A stretch of DNA of 64,000 nt from Gimesia sp. (GTDB taxonomy: Bacteria; Planctomycetota; Planctomycetia; Planctomycetales; Planctomycetaceae), in NCBI RefSeq assembly GCF_048262075.1, contig NZ_JBLXFK010000011.1, positions 55,920-119,919 on the forward strand. Reading direction: 5' to 3'. The notes beneath the pieces are model-generated. The model was not told the DNA's origin. It saw only the letters and a program-made list of their open reading frames with translations, and did no database searches. Numbering within the stretch: the stretch's first letter is position 1; each line of letters opens with the position of its first letter. The position numbers and the translations under genes are program-made. This document shows positions 51,247-61,790 of this stretch, in pieces.

Positions 51247-51390
51247 AGCGGTAAATCCATTTCAGAAAAAGAGAGATGATCAATCTATAGTGACTGTATT
51301 GGATCAATGGCCATCCCGTCAATTATAGACGGATAGAATCAAAACCTCTCTGCCGAAGCAAGAATTCCAGGCATGATCTGAGATTGCATG

Positions 51391-51399
51391 TGGTATAAT
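51391..51399 (+). promoter_or_regulatory. Extended -10 promoter element
   Basis: TGGTATAAT (TGn-TATAAT) about 60 nt upstream of the next CDS. Confidence 0.55.
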
Positions 51400-51461
51400 A
51401 CTAAAAAAGGAATTTCAGGAGGTGCGTATTACTTCCTGCAGAAACGGAGAAAGGCAGTTCA

Positions 51462-52289
51462 TTGATTTATGAGACCCCGACGATCCTGATGTGTCCCCCT
51501 GAATATTATGGGATTGAGTATGAAATCAATCCCTGGATGAGCCGCAGTCAGCAGAGCGATCTGCCGCTGGCTCGACAGCAGTGGGAGTCACTCTATCAAC
51601 TGCTGCAGAGTCAGAATGCCAGCATCGAACTCATGACGCCGGTCAAAGGACTTCCCGATCTGGTCTTCACTGCCAATGCGGGTTTGATCTGGAAGGATCG
51701 TGTGTTTCTTTCGCTGTTTCGCCACGCAGCGCGTCAGGGAGAAACGCCCCTGGATCGCGACTGGTTTCAAAAAGCCGGATTTGAAACCATTGATATGCCC
51801 GAAGGTTTTTATTTTGAAGGTGCCGGCGATGCGTTATTCTGTGGCGATACCCTCTTTGCCGGCTATCTGATTCGCAGTGATGTCAGGGCGCTGCAGTGGG
51901 TTGCTGGAAAAATGAACTGTCGGGTGATACCTCTGCAACTGGTTGACGAATTTTATTATCACCTTGACACCTGCTTTTGTCCTCTGAGTGAAACAGAAGC
52001 CATCTACTATCCGCCCGCTTTCGACGAGTATGCACAACAGGCTTTAAAGGAGTATATCCCGCATCTGATCCCGGTAGTGAAAGCAGAAGCACAGCGGTTT
52101 GCCTGTAATGCAGTCGTGATTGGAGAAACCGTCGTCATGAATACCGGCTGTCCCCAGTTGGAAGCAGATTTACAGCAGCGGGGTTATCAGACCCTGAGCA
52201 CACCGCTGGATGAATTCATCAAAGCGGGGGGCTCTGCCAAGTGCCTGACCTTAAGGCTGGATGGTGAGCGGGCGGCTGTTTGGCCTTGA
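51462..52289 (+). CDS. Pentein/amidinotransferase-superfamily hydrolase, ArgZ/AgrE arginine-dihydrolase-like
   Basis: LMCPP, INPWM, PDLVFTANAG, FEGAGD, YHLDTCFCPL, FACNAV, KAGGSAKCLTL; TTG start. Confidence 0.8.
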   Translation: MIYETPTILMCPPEYYGIEYEINPWMSRSQQSDLPLARQQWESLYQLLQSQNASIELMTPVKGLPDLVFTANAGLIWKDRVFLSLFRHAARQGETPLDRDWFQKAGFETIDMPEGFYFEGAGDALFCGDTLFAGYLIRSDVRALQWVAGKMNCRVIPLQLVDEFYYHLDTCFCPLSETEAIYYPPAFDEYAQQALKEYIPHLIPVVKAEAQRFACNAVVIGETVVMNTGCPQLEADLQQRGYQTLSTPLDEFIKAGGSAKCLTLRLDGERAAVWP

Positions 52290-53459
52290 AGGACCGTTAT
52301 AGTTAAGCCGACTTGTTCGCGAAATGCCCGTCGATGTCGTTTCTCCCGGAAAGAAGCGGGTTCCGGTCGTCGCCAAAGTAGAATCTCGATTGAGGGAGAT
52401 GTGTTTTAAGGGGACAGCGGGAGTGGACGCTTCAAAGGTTCCCTTGCCGGGAGAACGCAGGTTGACCTGAACTTCTCCCAACACATAAACATTCTGGTTA
52501 TGTTCCGGGATTTGCGGAAAGAGCTTGATGATCCAGGTTTGATCCGATGCCTGACCGGTACCGAACTGATTTCCTGCACGGGGCGCTTGAACCAGAGGCG
52601 TCGTGGCACAATTGCGGGTCCACTGTCCCAGGGAAATCGTTTCCTGGGGGATTGCGGCAAAGTGTTGATCCCAAACTGGCAGCAGCATTTGTCGCTGACC
52701 GAATAACTGGATTTTCACATTTCCAGTTAATGCAGCAGGATTCCCCAGTTGGTCAAATCCCTGCAGTCGAACTGTCAGAGCGTTCCAGTCCGCTTTTCCC
52801 TGTGTATTCATGGGGGTTGCCTGAACGCTGATTTGAGTTAATTTCCCCAGCAGTGGTTCGTCGGCAGGTGCGGGAAGGAAATTTCCGGGAACAGGAACAG
52901 GTTCATAACCCAGCGCCTGTTGCGCTACAGTCGCACGCATCAGTCCCAGAGCATATCCGCGTTCCAGTGTTGGTACTCCATTCGGATAATACTGTTTCAA
53001 AAGAGGTTGGTAGGCACTCAGGGGGTCTTCGTGGACTCCGATGATGATTCCTCGACTACAGTCGGTATTGCAGGGGGCGATGAAAGTCTCTATTGGCTGT
53101 ATGGGAACATGCAAAGGACTCTGATATACGGGAGCAGGCAGTTGGGAATATCGTTTGTGCTTATGGGAAGCGAACAGGACTGCCTGGTTCTGCTGGTATT
53201 GGGCCGCTGCCAGTTGAATCGTTTCCCGGTCATACTCGGAATGCTCGATCTTCAAGCGTTTGATGCTTTGGAGATAAATTGATCTGGGTTGTTGTCCTGC
53301 TTCTTCGAGAATCAGCGTTGAGTCGAGTCCCCACTGGATGTGGTCCACATGGATCGTGTTACCGGAGTTTAAGGTGATTTCGACATCAGCTCGGGTACTT
53401 AACGCTGAAAATAGAAAGAAAGCCCAAAAGAAGGCTAAGAAAGTAAGGTGACGTTGCAT
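52251..53459 (-). CDS. Secreted hypothetical protein
   Basis: 402 aa ORF with signal peptide; no family recognised. Confidence 0.7.
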   Translation of the reverse strand: MQRHLTFLAFFWAFFLFSALSTRADVEITLNSGNTIHVDHIQWGLDSTLILEEAGQQPRSIYLQSIKRLKIEHSEYDRETIQLAAAQYQQNQAVLFASHKHKRYSQLPAPVYQSPLHVPIQPIETFIAPCNTDCSRGIIIGVHEDPLSAYQPLLKQYYPNGVPTLERGYALGLMRATVAQQALGYEPVPVPGNFLPAPADEPLLGKLTQISVQATPMNTQGKADWNALTVRLQGFDQLGNPAALTGNVKIQLFGQRQMLLPVWDQHFAAIPQETISLGQWTRNCATTPLVQAPRAGNQFGTGQASDQTWIIKLFPQIPEHNQNVYVLGEVQVNLRSPGKGTFEASTPAVPLKHISLNRDSTLATTGTRFFPGETTSTGISRTSRLNYNGPSRPNSRPLTIQP

Positions 53460-54218
53460 GACAATCCCCGCTTGAACAGACAGTCTCCGTCACTGTTTAA
53501 TGACGAGATGAAGTGGGCCATAGGGAATGGAAAGGCAAACAACGCGCCCGAAGGGGGACGTGTCTCAGTCACAAAGGCCGGAAGCAGGGTTTTACCAGGC
53601 AGGAAGCGTGTTAGCAGAATAATGACAGTTGCAGGTGTTGTGGCTGATTCGATCCTGCGGATTCGAATGAGGTCCAGGCATAAAAGATTTTTTATTTAGT
53701 GGAGACATCCCACAGAAGTCAGCTTCTTGTTTCAATTTATGAACATCATTTCCAGGTCGATGTCTTAATGTCTTAACAAAATTCAATTTAAGATGTGAAG
53801 GTTAAGGAATACAACGTTACGCACGGAGAGTCAGATTTCCCTTCAGAATGGGGGGTTTTGACATTCTGAGCCTGCGAGATTACACAAAGTCTGCTGAATA
53901 TGGCACTTAGACCCCTGGAATCCCGCAAACAATCTTGCGAATATGCTTGACAGCAAGGAAAGAAAGCGTGATGATCATGCAATACCGGGGACTTGTGGTC
54001 CTCATTCAAATTGATGTTAGTCTATCGGGAATATCTGTTTAGATAATTTCTTTTTCAGGCTCAACGCGTATAATTTGATACTTGATTCAATTCGTTTTAT
54101 GATCGATTCCGATCGGGCCAGGCAGTCGTCGATACTCTAAATCTTCGATAATGGATTCACAGGGAATTCATGTGCCTACGTCGGATTTTATCTTTTTAGA
54201 AGAGGGTGGGCTGGAATT

Positions 54219-54575
54219 ATGGCAGCTGGTCACCGTCGTGTTGACATCGAGGAAGTTTCAGATGTCACCATTGCAAAATTTATTGACAAGAAAATTCTTG
54301 ATGAAGGAAATATCCAGATCATCGGGACCCAGTTATTTGGACTTGTTGATGAAGATGGACGCAAGAAGATCATTCTTGACTTTTCCAACGTCGAATATCT
54401 TTCCAGTGCTGCACTGGGTAAGCTGATTACGCTGGATAAAAAGGTCAAAAAGGCAAAAGGTAAATTGAAGCTGTGTTCAATTCGTCCTGATATTTATGAG
54501 GTTTTTGCCATTACGAGACTGAATCAACTGTTTGACATCGCCGAAACACAGGAGGCGGCTCTTGAAGGTTTTTAA
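54219..54575 (+). CDS. STAS-domain anti-sigma factor antagonist (SpoIIAA/RsbV-like)
   Basis: IILDFSNVEYLSSAALGKLI, VFAITRL. Confidence 0.9.
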   Translation: MAAGHRRVDIEEVSDVTIAKFIDKKILDEGNIQIIGTQLFGLVDEDGRKKIILDFSNVEYLSSAALGKLITLDKKVKKAKGKLKLCSIRPDIYEVFAITRLNQLFDIAETQEAALEGF

Positions 54576-54769
54576 CTTTGGTTCGGTAATTGCAGTTTCA
54601 TGTGCTGTCTGCAACGACCATTCCTCAGTGAAGATTCTTAGAGAACAATGATTGTGAGGGGTTCAGATAGGGAAGTAAGTTGTGAAAAACAACCTTCTCA
54701 TTGTAAGTCTGGATGCTCTTTAAATTTAGTTACTGGATAAACACCAGAAATCGTGTGTTGGCCAAATTC

Positions 54770-55213
54770 ATGTCATCGGACGAACACTTTGAAGTAACGA
54801 TTCCCAGTGATACCTCGGAAGGTCAGGCTGTACAGGCCCGAATCGTCGAGGCTCTGGAGGTACGTGAATACCCGGAGAAAGATGTCTTCTCGGTGCGTCT
54901 TGCGCTGGAAGAGGCTTTAGTTAATGCGATTAAACATGGTAATCGCATGTCTCCAGATAAAAGTGTCGAGATCAACTGCTGGATCAGCGATGAGCGGGTT
55001 CGCGTTGAAATCCAGGACGAAGGAGAAGGGTTCGACCGCAGTCATGTCCCTGATCCAACACTGCTGGAGAACCTGGAACGTCCCTGTGGCAGAGGGATTA
55101 TGCTCATGGGAGCCTTCATGAATCTCATTGAATATAATGAACAGGGAAACAAAGTCATCCTCGAAAAGATTAAAGGAGTTTCCCCCAAGCCACCAGACAC
55201 CGAAGCTGAGTAA
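54770..55213 (+). CDS. Anti-sigma factor / Ser kinase (RsbW/SpoIIAB-like HATPase)
   Basis: LALEEALVNAIKHGN, IQDEGEGFD, GRGIMLM; start ATG 54770. Confidence 0.9.
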   Translation: MSSDEHFEVTIPSDTSEGQAVQARIVEALEVREYPEKDVFSVRLALEEALVNAIKHGNRMSPDKSVEINCWISDERVRVEIQDEGEGFDRSHVPDPTLLENLERPCGRGIMLMGAFMNLIEYNEQGNKVILEKIKGVSPKPPDTEAE

Positions 55214-55295
55214 GTCAAAACAGTTACTATTCTTACAAGCCGGCAAAATTCTCAAATATTTTGCCAGAACCCCAGCGGTTCCTGTTTAACATCGG

Positions 55296-55324
55296 TTGAC
55301 TTCATACATTTCTCACAATATGTT
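55296..55324 (+). promoter_or_regulatory. Sigma70-like promoter of tRNA-Asn
   Basis: TTGACT-17 nt-TATGTT, 45 nt upstream of the tRNA. Confidence 0.6.
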
Positions 55325-55368
55325 ATACGCACAATGAGGTTGGGATCTGCTCCTAATCACAGAACTAA

Positions 55369-55441
55369 TCCTCGATAGCTCAATCGGTAGAGCGAGCGGC
55401 TGTTAACCGCTAGGTTGTAGGTTCGAGTCCTACTCGAGGAG
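55369..55441 (+). tRNA. tRNA-Asn (anticodon GTT), CCA not encoded
   Basis: TCCTCGA/TCGAGGA acceptor stem, AGCGG-CT-GTT-AA-CCGCT anticodon arm, GTAGG-TTCGAGT-CCTAC T-arm. Confidence 0.96.
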
Positions 55442-55466
55442 CTTGTTTTCTCAGGAAGCTCAATTC

Positions 55467-55506
55467 AATCAGGCCCGATATCGCATTATCGATATCGGGC
55501 CTGATT
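55467..55506 (+). terminator. Perfect 17-bp inverted repeat after tRNA-Asn (probable terminator)
   Basis: AATCAGGCCCGATATCG-CATTAT-CGATATCGGGCCTGATT followed by TGTTT. Confidence 0.7.
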
Positions 55507-55824
55507 TGTTTCATCTCAGCAAAACTCACTAAAAACGGAGCGTACCATCCCCTTCCGTGCGTGAATTGCAAGCCCCCTCCCCAAAAACGAGAAAGACCAG
55601 GATTTCCCAAATTTTCTGTTTTGAATCACAGAAATCAGGTTGCTTTATTTTGGGATTTTCAATACCAAACGCTAGCTTTGATAACTGTTTGTATGTCTGG
55701 AAGCTTCATATTGAAGACCGAATGCAAAAGTAGTCCAGAGAATAGGTGTTTTCATTTCAATTGCAAGAACGCCCTCTTGTCTTGGATTTTTACATTATTG
55801 TCTACAGAAGTATGGGGATGAAGT

Positions 55825-56709
55825 ATGTCGAGAAAAGGTATTGTTTTAGCAGGAGGTACAGGAACACGGCTCCATCCTGTGACAAAAGTAATTTCGAAAC
55901 AACTTCTCCCGATCTACGATAAACCGATGATTTATTATCCGCTGTCATCGTTGATGCTGGCGGGGATCAAAGAGATTCTGATCATTTCCACTCCGCATGA
56001 TCTTCCAATGTTTCAGGATTTGCTGGGTAGTGGCGAACAGTGGGGAGTCCGGTTTGAATATGCAGAGCAACCTTCGCCCGATGGACTTGCTCAGGCTTTC
56101 CTGATTGGTGAAGACTTTATCGGCACCGATGATGCCTGCCTGATTTTAGGTGACAATATCTTTTACGGGCATGGGTTTACTGAAAGTCTGAAATCAGCAG
56201 CCGGGCGAGAATCCGGTGCCACAGTTTTTGGTTACCAGGTGCACGATCCGGAACGCTTTGGTGTAGTGGAATTTGACAGTGAACAACGTGCGATTTCCAT
56301 CGAAGAAAAGCCTGCCAAACCCAGGTCCAATTTTGCCGTCACCGGGCTGTATTTTTACGACAATGAAGTGATCGAAATCGCTAAGAATGTGAAGCCTTCT
56401 GCGCGAGGCGAGTTGGAGATTACATCTGTCAACAACGCCTATCTGGAACGGGGCGGCTTGAACGTCGAGTTGCTCGGTCGCGGTCATGCCTGGTTCGATA
56501 CGGGGACTCACGAAAGTCTGCAGGAAGCCAGTCATTTCTTTCAGACCATCGAAAAAAGGCAGGGGTTGAAAATCGCCTGTCTGGAAGAAATTGCGTACCA
56601 GAAAGGCTGGATTACGAAAGATCAATTAAAGAGCCAGGCAGATCAGCTTGGGAAGACCAACTATGGTCAATATCTCATGCGAATTGTAGATGATCTTTCA
56701 CACAAATAG
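55825..56709 (+). CDS. rfbA: Glucose-1-phosphate thymidylyltransferase
   Basis: [45 protein letters not shown]. Confidence 0.96.
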   Translation: MSRKGIVLAGGTGTRLHPVTKVISKQLLPIYDKPMIYYPLSSLMLAGIKEILIISTPHDLPMFQDLLGSGEQWGVRFEYAEQPSPDGLAQAFLIGEDFIGTDDACLILGDNIFYGHGFTESLKSAAGRESGATVFGYQVHDPERFGVVEFDSEQRAISIEEKPAKPRSNFAVTGLYFYDNEVIEIAKNVKPSARGELEITSVNNAYLERGGLNVELLGRGHAWFDTGTHESLQEASHFFQTIEKRQGLKIACLEEIAYQKGWITKDQLKSQADQLGKTNYGQYLMRIVDDLSHK

Positions 56710-56897
56710 TAATTCTTATATAAATCACTGCTCTAAGTGATTCACTGGAGCTTGAAGGGGAATCCCCTCAAGGTTGGGGGAGAGCATGAAGCCACTCCTC
56801 CCGGTTCTGATTATTCATGATCCTTACTGAATGAAGTATGCTGACAGGATGTTAAAAACGAATTTACTGCAAGAGCCAAAGTCTGAGAGGCACTGAA

Positions 56898-57725
56898 ATG
56901 AATCCTTACAATTCAGTGTCAATTGCACCTCGGCAATTGTTAAAAAGTCTGGTGATCAACCGTCGATTGATTTACCAGATGTCGAAACGAGAGGTGATAG
57001 GCAGGTACCGTGGATCGGTACTGGGGCTGGCGTGGTCGTTTTTTAACCCTCTGATCATGCTGGTTGTTTATACCTTTGTTTTCAGCATCGTCTTCAAAGC
57101 GCGCTGGCAAACCGGTTCTGACAGCAAAACGGAATTTGCGCTGGCACTGTTTATTGGCATGATTGTGCATGGTTTACTTGCAGAATGCGTCAATAGAGCA
57201 CCCAGCCTGATTGTGGGAAATGTAAATTATGTCAAGAAAGTCATTTTCCCACTGGAGGTACTGCCCTGGATTGCGATGGGAGCCACGCTCTTTCACACAC
57301 TGATTAGTCTGGTGGTCTGGGGGCTGTTTTTTGTTCTCGTGAATCAGACATTTTACTGGACCGCGTTGTTTCTGCCGCTGCTGTTCTTACCGCTGATCCT
57401 GTTTACGATGGGGATGACCTGGTTTCTTGCCTCATTCGGCGTCTATTTGCGGGATGTGGGGCAGATCACGGGCGTGTTTACCATGGTCCTGCTCTTTATG
57501 TCACCTGTTTTTTATCCGATCTCAAACCTGCCCGAACGCATTCAACCTTTGATGTATGCCAATCCGCTGACATTTATTATCGAACAATCGCGTGCTGTTT
57601 TAATGTGGGGACAGTTCCCAAACTGGGGAGGAGTTTGTATTTCATTCGTCATCAGTGCAGTTGTGGCCTGGTTAGGTTTCGCCTGGTTCCAGAAAACACG
57701 TAGAGGTTTTGCTGATGTACTCTGA
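56898..57725 (+). CDS. wzm: ABC-2 polysaccharide exporter permease
   Basis: RYRGSVLGLAWSFFNPL, YVKKVIFP, NPLTFII, RGFADVL. Confidence 0.92.
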   Translation: MNPYNSVSIAPRQLLKSLVINRRLIYQMSKREVIGRYRGSVLGLAWSFFNPLIMLVVYTFVFSIVFKARWQTGSDSKTEFALALFIGMIVHGLLAECVNRAPSLIVGNVNYVKKVIFPLEVLPWIAMGATLFHTLISLVVWGLFFVLVNQTFYWTALFLPLLFLPLILFTMGMTWFLASFGVYLRDVGQITGVFTMVLLFMSPVFYPISNLPERIQPLMYANPLTFIIEQSRAVLMWGQFPNWGGVCISFVISAVVAWLGFAWFQKTRRGFADVL

Positions 57726-59079
57726 CGCTGGCGCAAAGCAAGCCGTGGCAATCAGTCTGGAATCGGTCAGTAAATCGTTCCAGATCTATGAAAAACCCCA
57801 TCACCGGTTAATGCAGGGATTGTTCAGAGGGAAAAAACAGTTTTACCGGGAATTCAAAGCGGTTAGTAATATCTCGTTTGAAATTCCTCAAGGCGAGACT
57901 GTCGGAATCATTGGTCGTAACGGAGCAGGGAAGTCTACATTGCTGCAGATGATTTGTGGCACCATGACTCCCACAAGTGGAACGGTACAAATAAATGGCC
58001 GGGTTGCAGCATTGCTGGAACTGGGATCCGGTTTCAATCCAGAATTTACCGGCCGGGAAAACGTGTACATGAATGGAGCGATTCTGGGTTTGACTCGTGA
58101 TGAAGTCGAGAATCGCTTTGATGATATCATCGCCTTTGCTGAGATTGGTGATTTTATAGATCAACCGGTCAAAACTTATTCCAGTGGTATGTATGTAAGA
58201 CTGGCCTTTGCAGTGATTGCCCATGTAGACGCCGATATTCTGATCATCGATGAAGCGTTATCAGTAGGAGATGCGCTCTTTACACAAAAATGTATGAGGT
58301 TTATTCGCTCGTTTAAGGAACAGGGGACTTTATTGTTTGTCAGCCACGACATGGGGTCAGTCTTGTCCTTATGCGAAAAAGCGGTATGGCTTGAAAAAGG
58401 AATTGTAAAAAGCAGCGGCGAAGCTAAACAGGTTTCCGAAGAGTATCTGCAGTATACCCTGCAGGAAACTTATCACGATGAGGCTTCGCTTGTTTCTACA
58501 AAACCTGAACGACAACAGAAGCAGGAAAGTCCGCAGGCTCAGAACTCGGTCTCAACTAAGAAGAAAATATCGTCAGTAGCTGCCTATGAAAGTGAATGCA
58601 AAGTCACCAGCAATATCTCAAATTCATCCGGGTGGAAAACCGGTGAGGCAGAGATCGTCGCTGTGACATTAGAGGATTTAAATTCCGATTCGGAAGGCGC
58701 CCTGTTTAAAGGGGGAGAGCAGGTAAAACTGTCCATTTATGCAAAAACATATAAGGATCTTGAGAATCCCATTTTAGGTTTTGTCGTCAAAGACCGTTTA
58801 GGGCAGGACCTGTTCGGGGAGAATACACTTCCTGAAACAAATCAGAATCCGATTTCCTTTCGGGCAGGTGAAACACTTTTGGGGGAATTTACATTTATGT
58901 TGCCAATGCTCCCCAATGGAGAATATGCCGTTATGGCATCAATTGCAGACGGTAATCTTTATGAAAATATCCAACACCATTACCTGCACGATGCACTCTT
59001 GATCAATGTCTCGTCAAGCACAATTCGGTGGGGGCTTGTCGGTATTGCGTTTGAAAATATATCTTTAAGGAAAGATTAA
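57715..59079 (+). CDS. wzt: ABC polysaccharide exporter ATPase with C-terminal carbohydrate-binding domain
   Basis: GRNGAGKST, YSSGMYVRLAF, IIDEALSVGD, Wzt_C-like tail; AGAGG before ATG 57715. Confidence 0.92.
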   Translation: MYSDAGAKQAVAISLESVSKSFQIYEKPHHRLMQGLFRGKKQFYREFKAVSNISFEIPQGETVGIIGRNGAGKSTLLQMICGTMTPTSGTVQINGRVAALLELGSGFNPEFTGRENVYMNGAILGLTRDEVENRFDDIIAFAEIGDFIDQPVKTYSSGMYVRLAFAVIAHVDADILIIDEALSVGDALFTQKCMRFIRSFKEQGTLLFVSHDMGSVLSLCEKAVWLEKGIVKSSGEAKQVSEEYLQYTLQETYHDEASLVSTKPERQQKQESPQAQNSVSTKKKISSVAAYESECKVTSNISNSSGWKTGEAEIVAVTLEDLNSDSEGALFKGGEQVKLSIYAKTYKDLENPILGFVVKDRLGQDLFGENTLPETNQNPISFRAGETLLGEFTFMLPMLPNGEYAVMASIADGNLYENIQHHYLHDALLINVSSSTIRWGLVGIAFENISLRKD

Positions 59080-61790
59080 TGACAAAAAAATCACTTCAGG
59101 ATATCTATAAGAACCATGAAGGCAAAGTGTCAGATAAATGGACCCTCTATATTTCAGAGTATGAGCGGTTATTTGCTGAATATCGAACGGTTCCTGTTCG
59201 ATTGCTAGAAATTGGAATTCAAAATGGTGGCTCATTAGATATCTGGTCAAAATATTTTGATACGCTGAAAAAAGCGGTTGGCTGTGAAATCAATCCAGAT
59301 AGCGGCAAGTTGAGATATGAGAATCCCAATGTGATGGTCGTGATTGGCGATGCAAATGAAGATCCGACAGAACAGGAAATATTAGAGCAGTGCCAGTCGT
59401 TTGAAATCATTATTGATGATGGCTCGCATAAGTCCAGTGATATTATCGCTTCTTTTAATCGCTACTTTCCCTACCTGGAAAACAATGGTGTGTATGTCGC
59501 GGAAGACTTGCACTGCAGTTATTGGAATGAATTTGGAGGAGGTTTATTTGACCCCTTTTCCTCCATGGCTTTCTTCAAACGCCTGGCTGATATCATCAAT
59601 CATGAGAGCTGGGGCATTGATAAAAATCGGGTTGATCTCCTGCAAAGCTTTGAAGAGCATTATCAGCTTTCATTTAGTGAAGACATCCTGAGAACAATCC
59701 ATTCCATCGAGTTCATGAATTCGATGTGTGTGATTCACAAAGCCTCGCCAGAGCAAAATCTCCTTGGCGAGAGAATCATTACGGGGCAATCGGATGAAGT
59801 TCTTTCACTGAGTAATATGCCTCGCGATTTCGAGAATTTTGTGCCGGATGAATCCACCAACAAGTGGTCAACCCTGACACTCGGTATGGAACTGACATTA
59901 AGTTCCAAACTAAAAGAGATCGATCAACTGAAGGAAAAAACTTCAACTTATGAAGCAGAAATTGAAAATTTAAAGCAAGCAAATACGGATTTAAATCAAT
60001 TGGTTCAGAATCTTGTAAGCAGCCATTCCTGGTTGATCACAAGACCACTCAGAGGCTTTGGGCGTGCAGCCCGTTCATTGAAGAAGCTGATCGATCCCCG
60101 CAGATATCAGGACATGAGCACTAATTATAATGTATGGAGCAGAGTGACTGGATTGAAAGAAGCCGAGGGAATCCTGTCGCGTCTCCCGGATTTAGAGGCT
60201 CCTTTGATTTCAATTATTTTGCCTACCTATAATACGAATGAGAAAATTCTTCGCTCCTGTATCGAGTCTGTTCTGGCACAGACATATTCTAATTGGGAAC
60301 TTTGTATTGCAGACGATGCGTCGACAAAAAGTCGTGTCCGCGAAGTAATTAATGAATATTCCAAACAGGATTCAAGAATCAAATTCGTATTTAGACCTGA
60401 AAATGGCCATATATCAGAGGCGATGATCAGTGCAGCGGAACTGATGGAAGGGGACTATATCTCGTTCCTGGATCACGATGATGAACTCAATAAAAATGCC
60501 CTGTTATTCATTGTTGATGCGATAAACCGATCTCCTGAATCAGAGTTCTTTTACTCAGATGAAGATCACATCAATAAACATGGTAAACATCAGAGTCCAT
60601 TCTTTAAGCCTGACTGGTCTCCCTCTCTACTGTATTCACAAAATTACATTGGCCATTTCTTGTGCTTGTCGAAATCGTTATATGAGCGGATTGGTGGCAT
60701 TCGAAGAGGCTTTGATGGTGCTCAGGACTATGATCTGGTGTTAAGGGCCGGTGATGCGGCAAAAAATGTGTATCATATTCCTAAGGTACTTTATCATTGG
60801 AGAGAGCACGAAAATTCTACTTCAAGCAATTCTGAATGTAAGCCGTACGCACATGAGGCAGGCAAAGCGGCGGTTGCTGATTTTCTCAAACAGAAATACA
60901 GTTCCAGACTGATTGATGTCTGTGATGGTGAAGGGCTCTTTACCTATTCACCAAAATTCCGGTTTGACAGCGAACATCGGGTTTCAATTATTATACCAAC
61001 CAAAGACAAAATTGATTTGCTGGATGACTGTATCGAGTCAATCAGAAGTCGGTCTTCGCATCTCAACTGGGAAATTATTATTGTTGACAACCGCTCGGAA
61101 GAAGCTGCGTCCCAAGAATATTTTTCCACAGTTGTGCAGGACAGCAGGATTAATGTCGTACAGGCTGATGTAGAGTTCAACTGGTCGATGATAAATAACA
61201 TTGGGGCGCAAGCCGCTACCGGTGATGTATTTGTGTTTTTAAATAACGACACATTAGTCATTACATCAGACTGGATCGAAAAACTGGCTTCCTGGGCCAG
61301 CTTACCTGAAGTTGGCTTAGTCGGCCCTCAATTACTTTATGAGGACAATACAATTCAACATGCAGGCGTTGTTGTCGGCATGGGAGGTTGGGCCGATCAT
61401 GTATTCAAGAATCAGCCACCTGTTCATCGTTCAAGTCCGTTTGTTTCTCCTATGCTCAATCGAAATGTGCTGGCTATTACGGGTGCATGCCAGGTAATCG
61501 AACGAGCGAAGTTCGAACAACTGGGTGGATTTGATGAACAGTTCATTATCTGTGGCAGTGACGTCGACATCTGCATTCGCGCTCATCAACAGGGGCTACA
61601 GACTGTCTACTGTGCTGATGCAGCTTTGCACCACCTGGAATCGAAAAGCCGATCCTCGTTCATTCCCAAACAGGACTTTCTCATGTCCGAAATCAGATAT
61701 GCTCCCTATCGAAAGGAAAAAGGCGATCCTTATTACAATGAGAATCTCGACTTGATGTCAACAGTGCCCAGGATGCTGACGAATGCTTAA
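59079..61790 (+). CDS. Methyltransferase - coiled coil - GT2 - GT2 fusion (WsaE-like)
   Basis: LLEIGIQNGGS and IIDDGSH (SAM MTase); heptad segment ending SHSWLITRPLR; two GT2 domains (SIILPTYNT, SIIIPTKD, FLDHDDEL, FLNNDT). Confidence 0.85.
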   Translation: MTKKSLQDIYKNHEGKVSDKWTLYISEYERLFAEYRTVPVRLLEIGIQNGGSLDIWSKYFDTLKKAVGCEINPDSGKLRYENPNVMVVIGDANEDPTEQEILEQCQSFEIIIDDGSHKSSDIIASFNRYFPYLENNGVYVAEDLHCSYWNEFGGGLFDPFSSMAFFKRLADIINHESWGIDKNRVDLLQSFEEHYQLSFSEDILRTIHSIEFMNSMCVIHKASPEQNLLGERIITGQSDEVLSLSNMPRDFENFVPDESTNKWSTLTLGMELTLSSKLKEIDQLKEKTSTYEAEIENLKQANTDLNQLVQNLVSSHSWLITRPLRGFGRAARSLKKLIDPRRYQDMSTNYNVWSRVTGLKEAEGILSRLPDLEAPLISIILPTYNTNEKILRSCIESVLAQTYSNWELCIADDASTKSRVREVINEYSKQDSRIKFVFRPENGHISEAMISAAELMEGDYISFLDHDDELNKNALLFIVDAINRSPESEFFYSDEDHINKHGKHQSPFFKPDWSPSLLYSQNYIGHFLCLSKSLYERIGGIRRGFDGAQDYDLVLRAGDAAKNVYHIPKVLYHWREHENSTSSNSECKPYAHEAGKAAVADFLKQKYSSRLIDVCDGEGLFTYSPKFRFDSEHRVSIIIPTKDKIDLLDDCIESIRSRSSHLNWEIIIVDNRSEEAASQEYFSTVVQDSRINVVQADVEFNWSMINNIGAQAATGDVFVFLNNDTLVITSDWIEKLASWASLPEVGLVGPQLLYEDNTIQHAGVVVGMGGWADHVFKNQPPVHRSSPFVSPMLNRNVLAITGACQVIERAKFEQLGGFDEQFIICGSDVDICIRAHQQGLQTVYCADAALHHLESKSRSSFIPKQDFLMSEIRYAPYRKEKGDPYYNENLDLMSTVPRMLTNA

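Noticed and set aside
53530-53590. c-di-GMP-I (GEMM)-like words GGCAAAC...GAAG...GACG...CAAAG
   Set aside because: The stem around the tetraloop is only 3 bp, GACG and CAAAG are separated by 11 extra nt, and the element is antisense to the nearest gene's leader.
56752-56803. Small hairpins between rfbA and wzm as a REP/MITE or ops element
   Set aside because: Single short imperfect stems, no second copy noticed in the window, and no GGCGGTAG ops motif.
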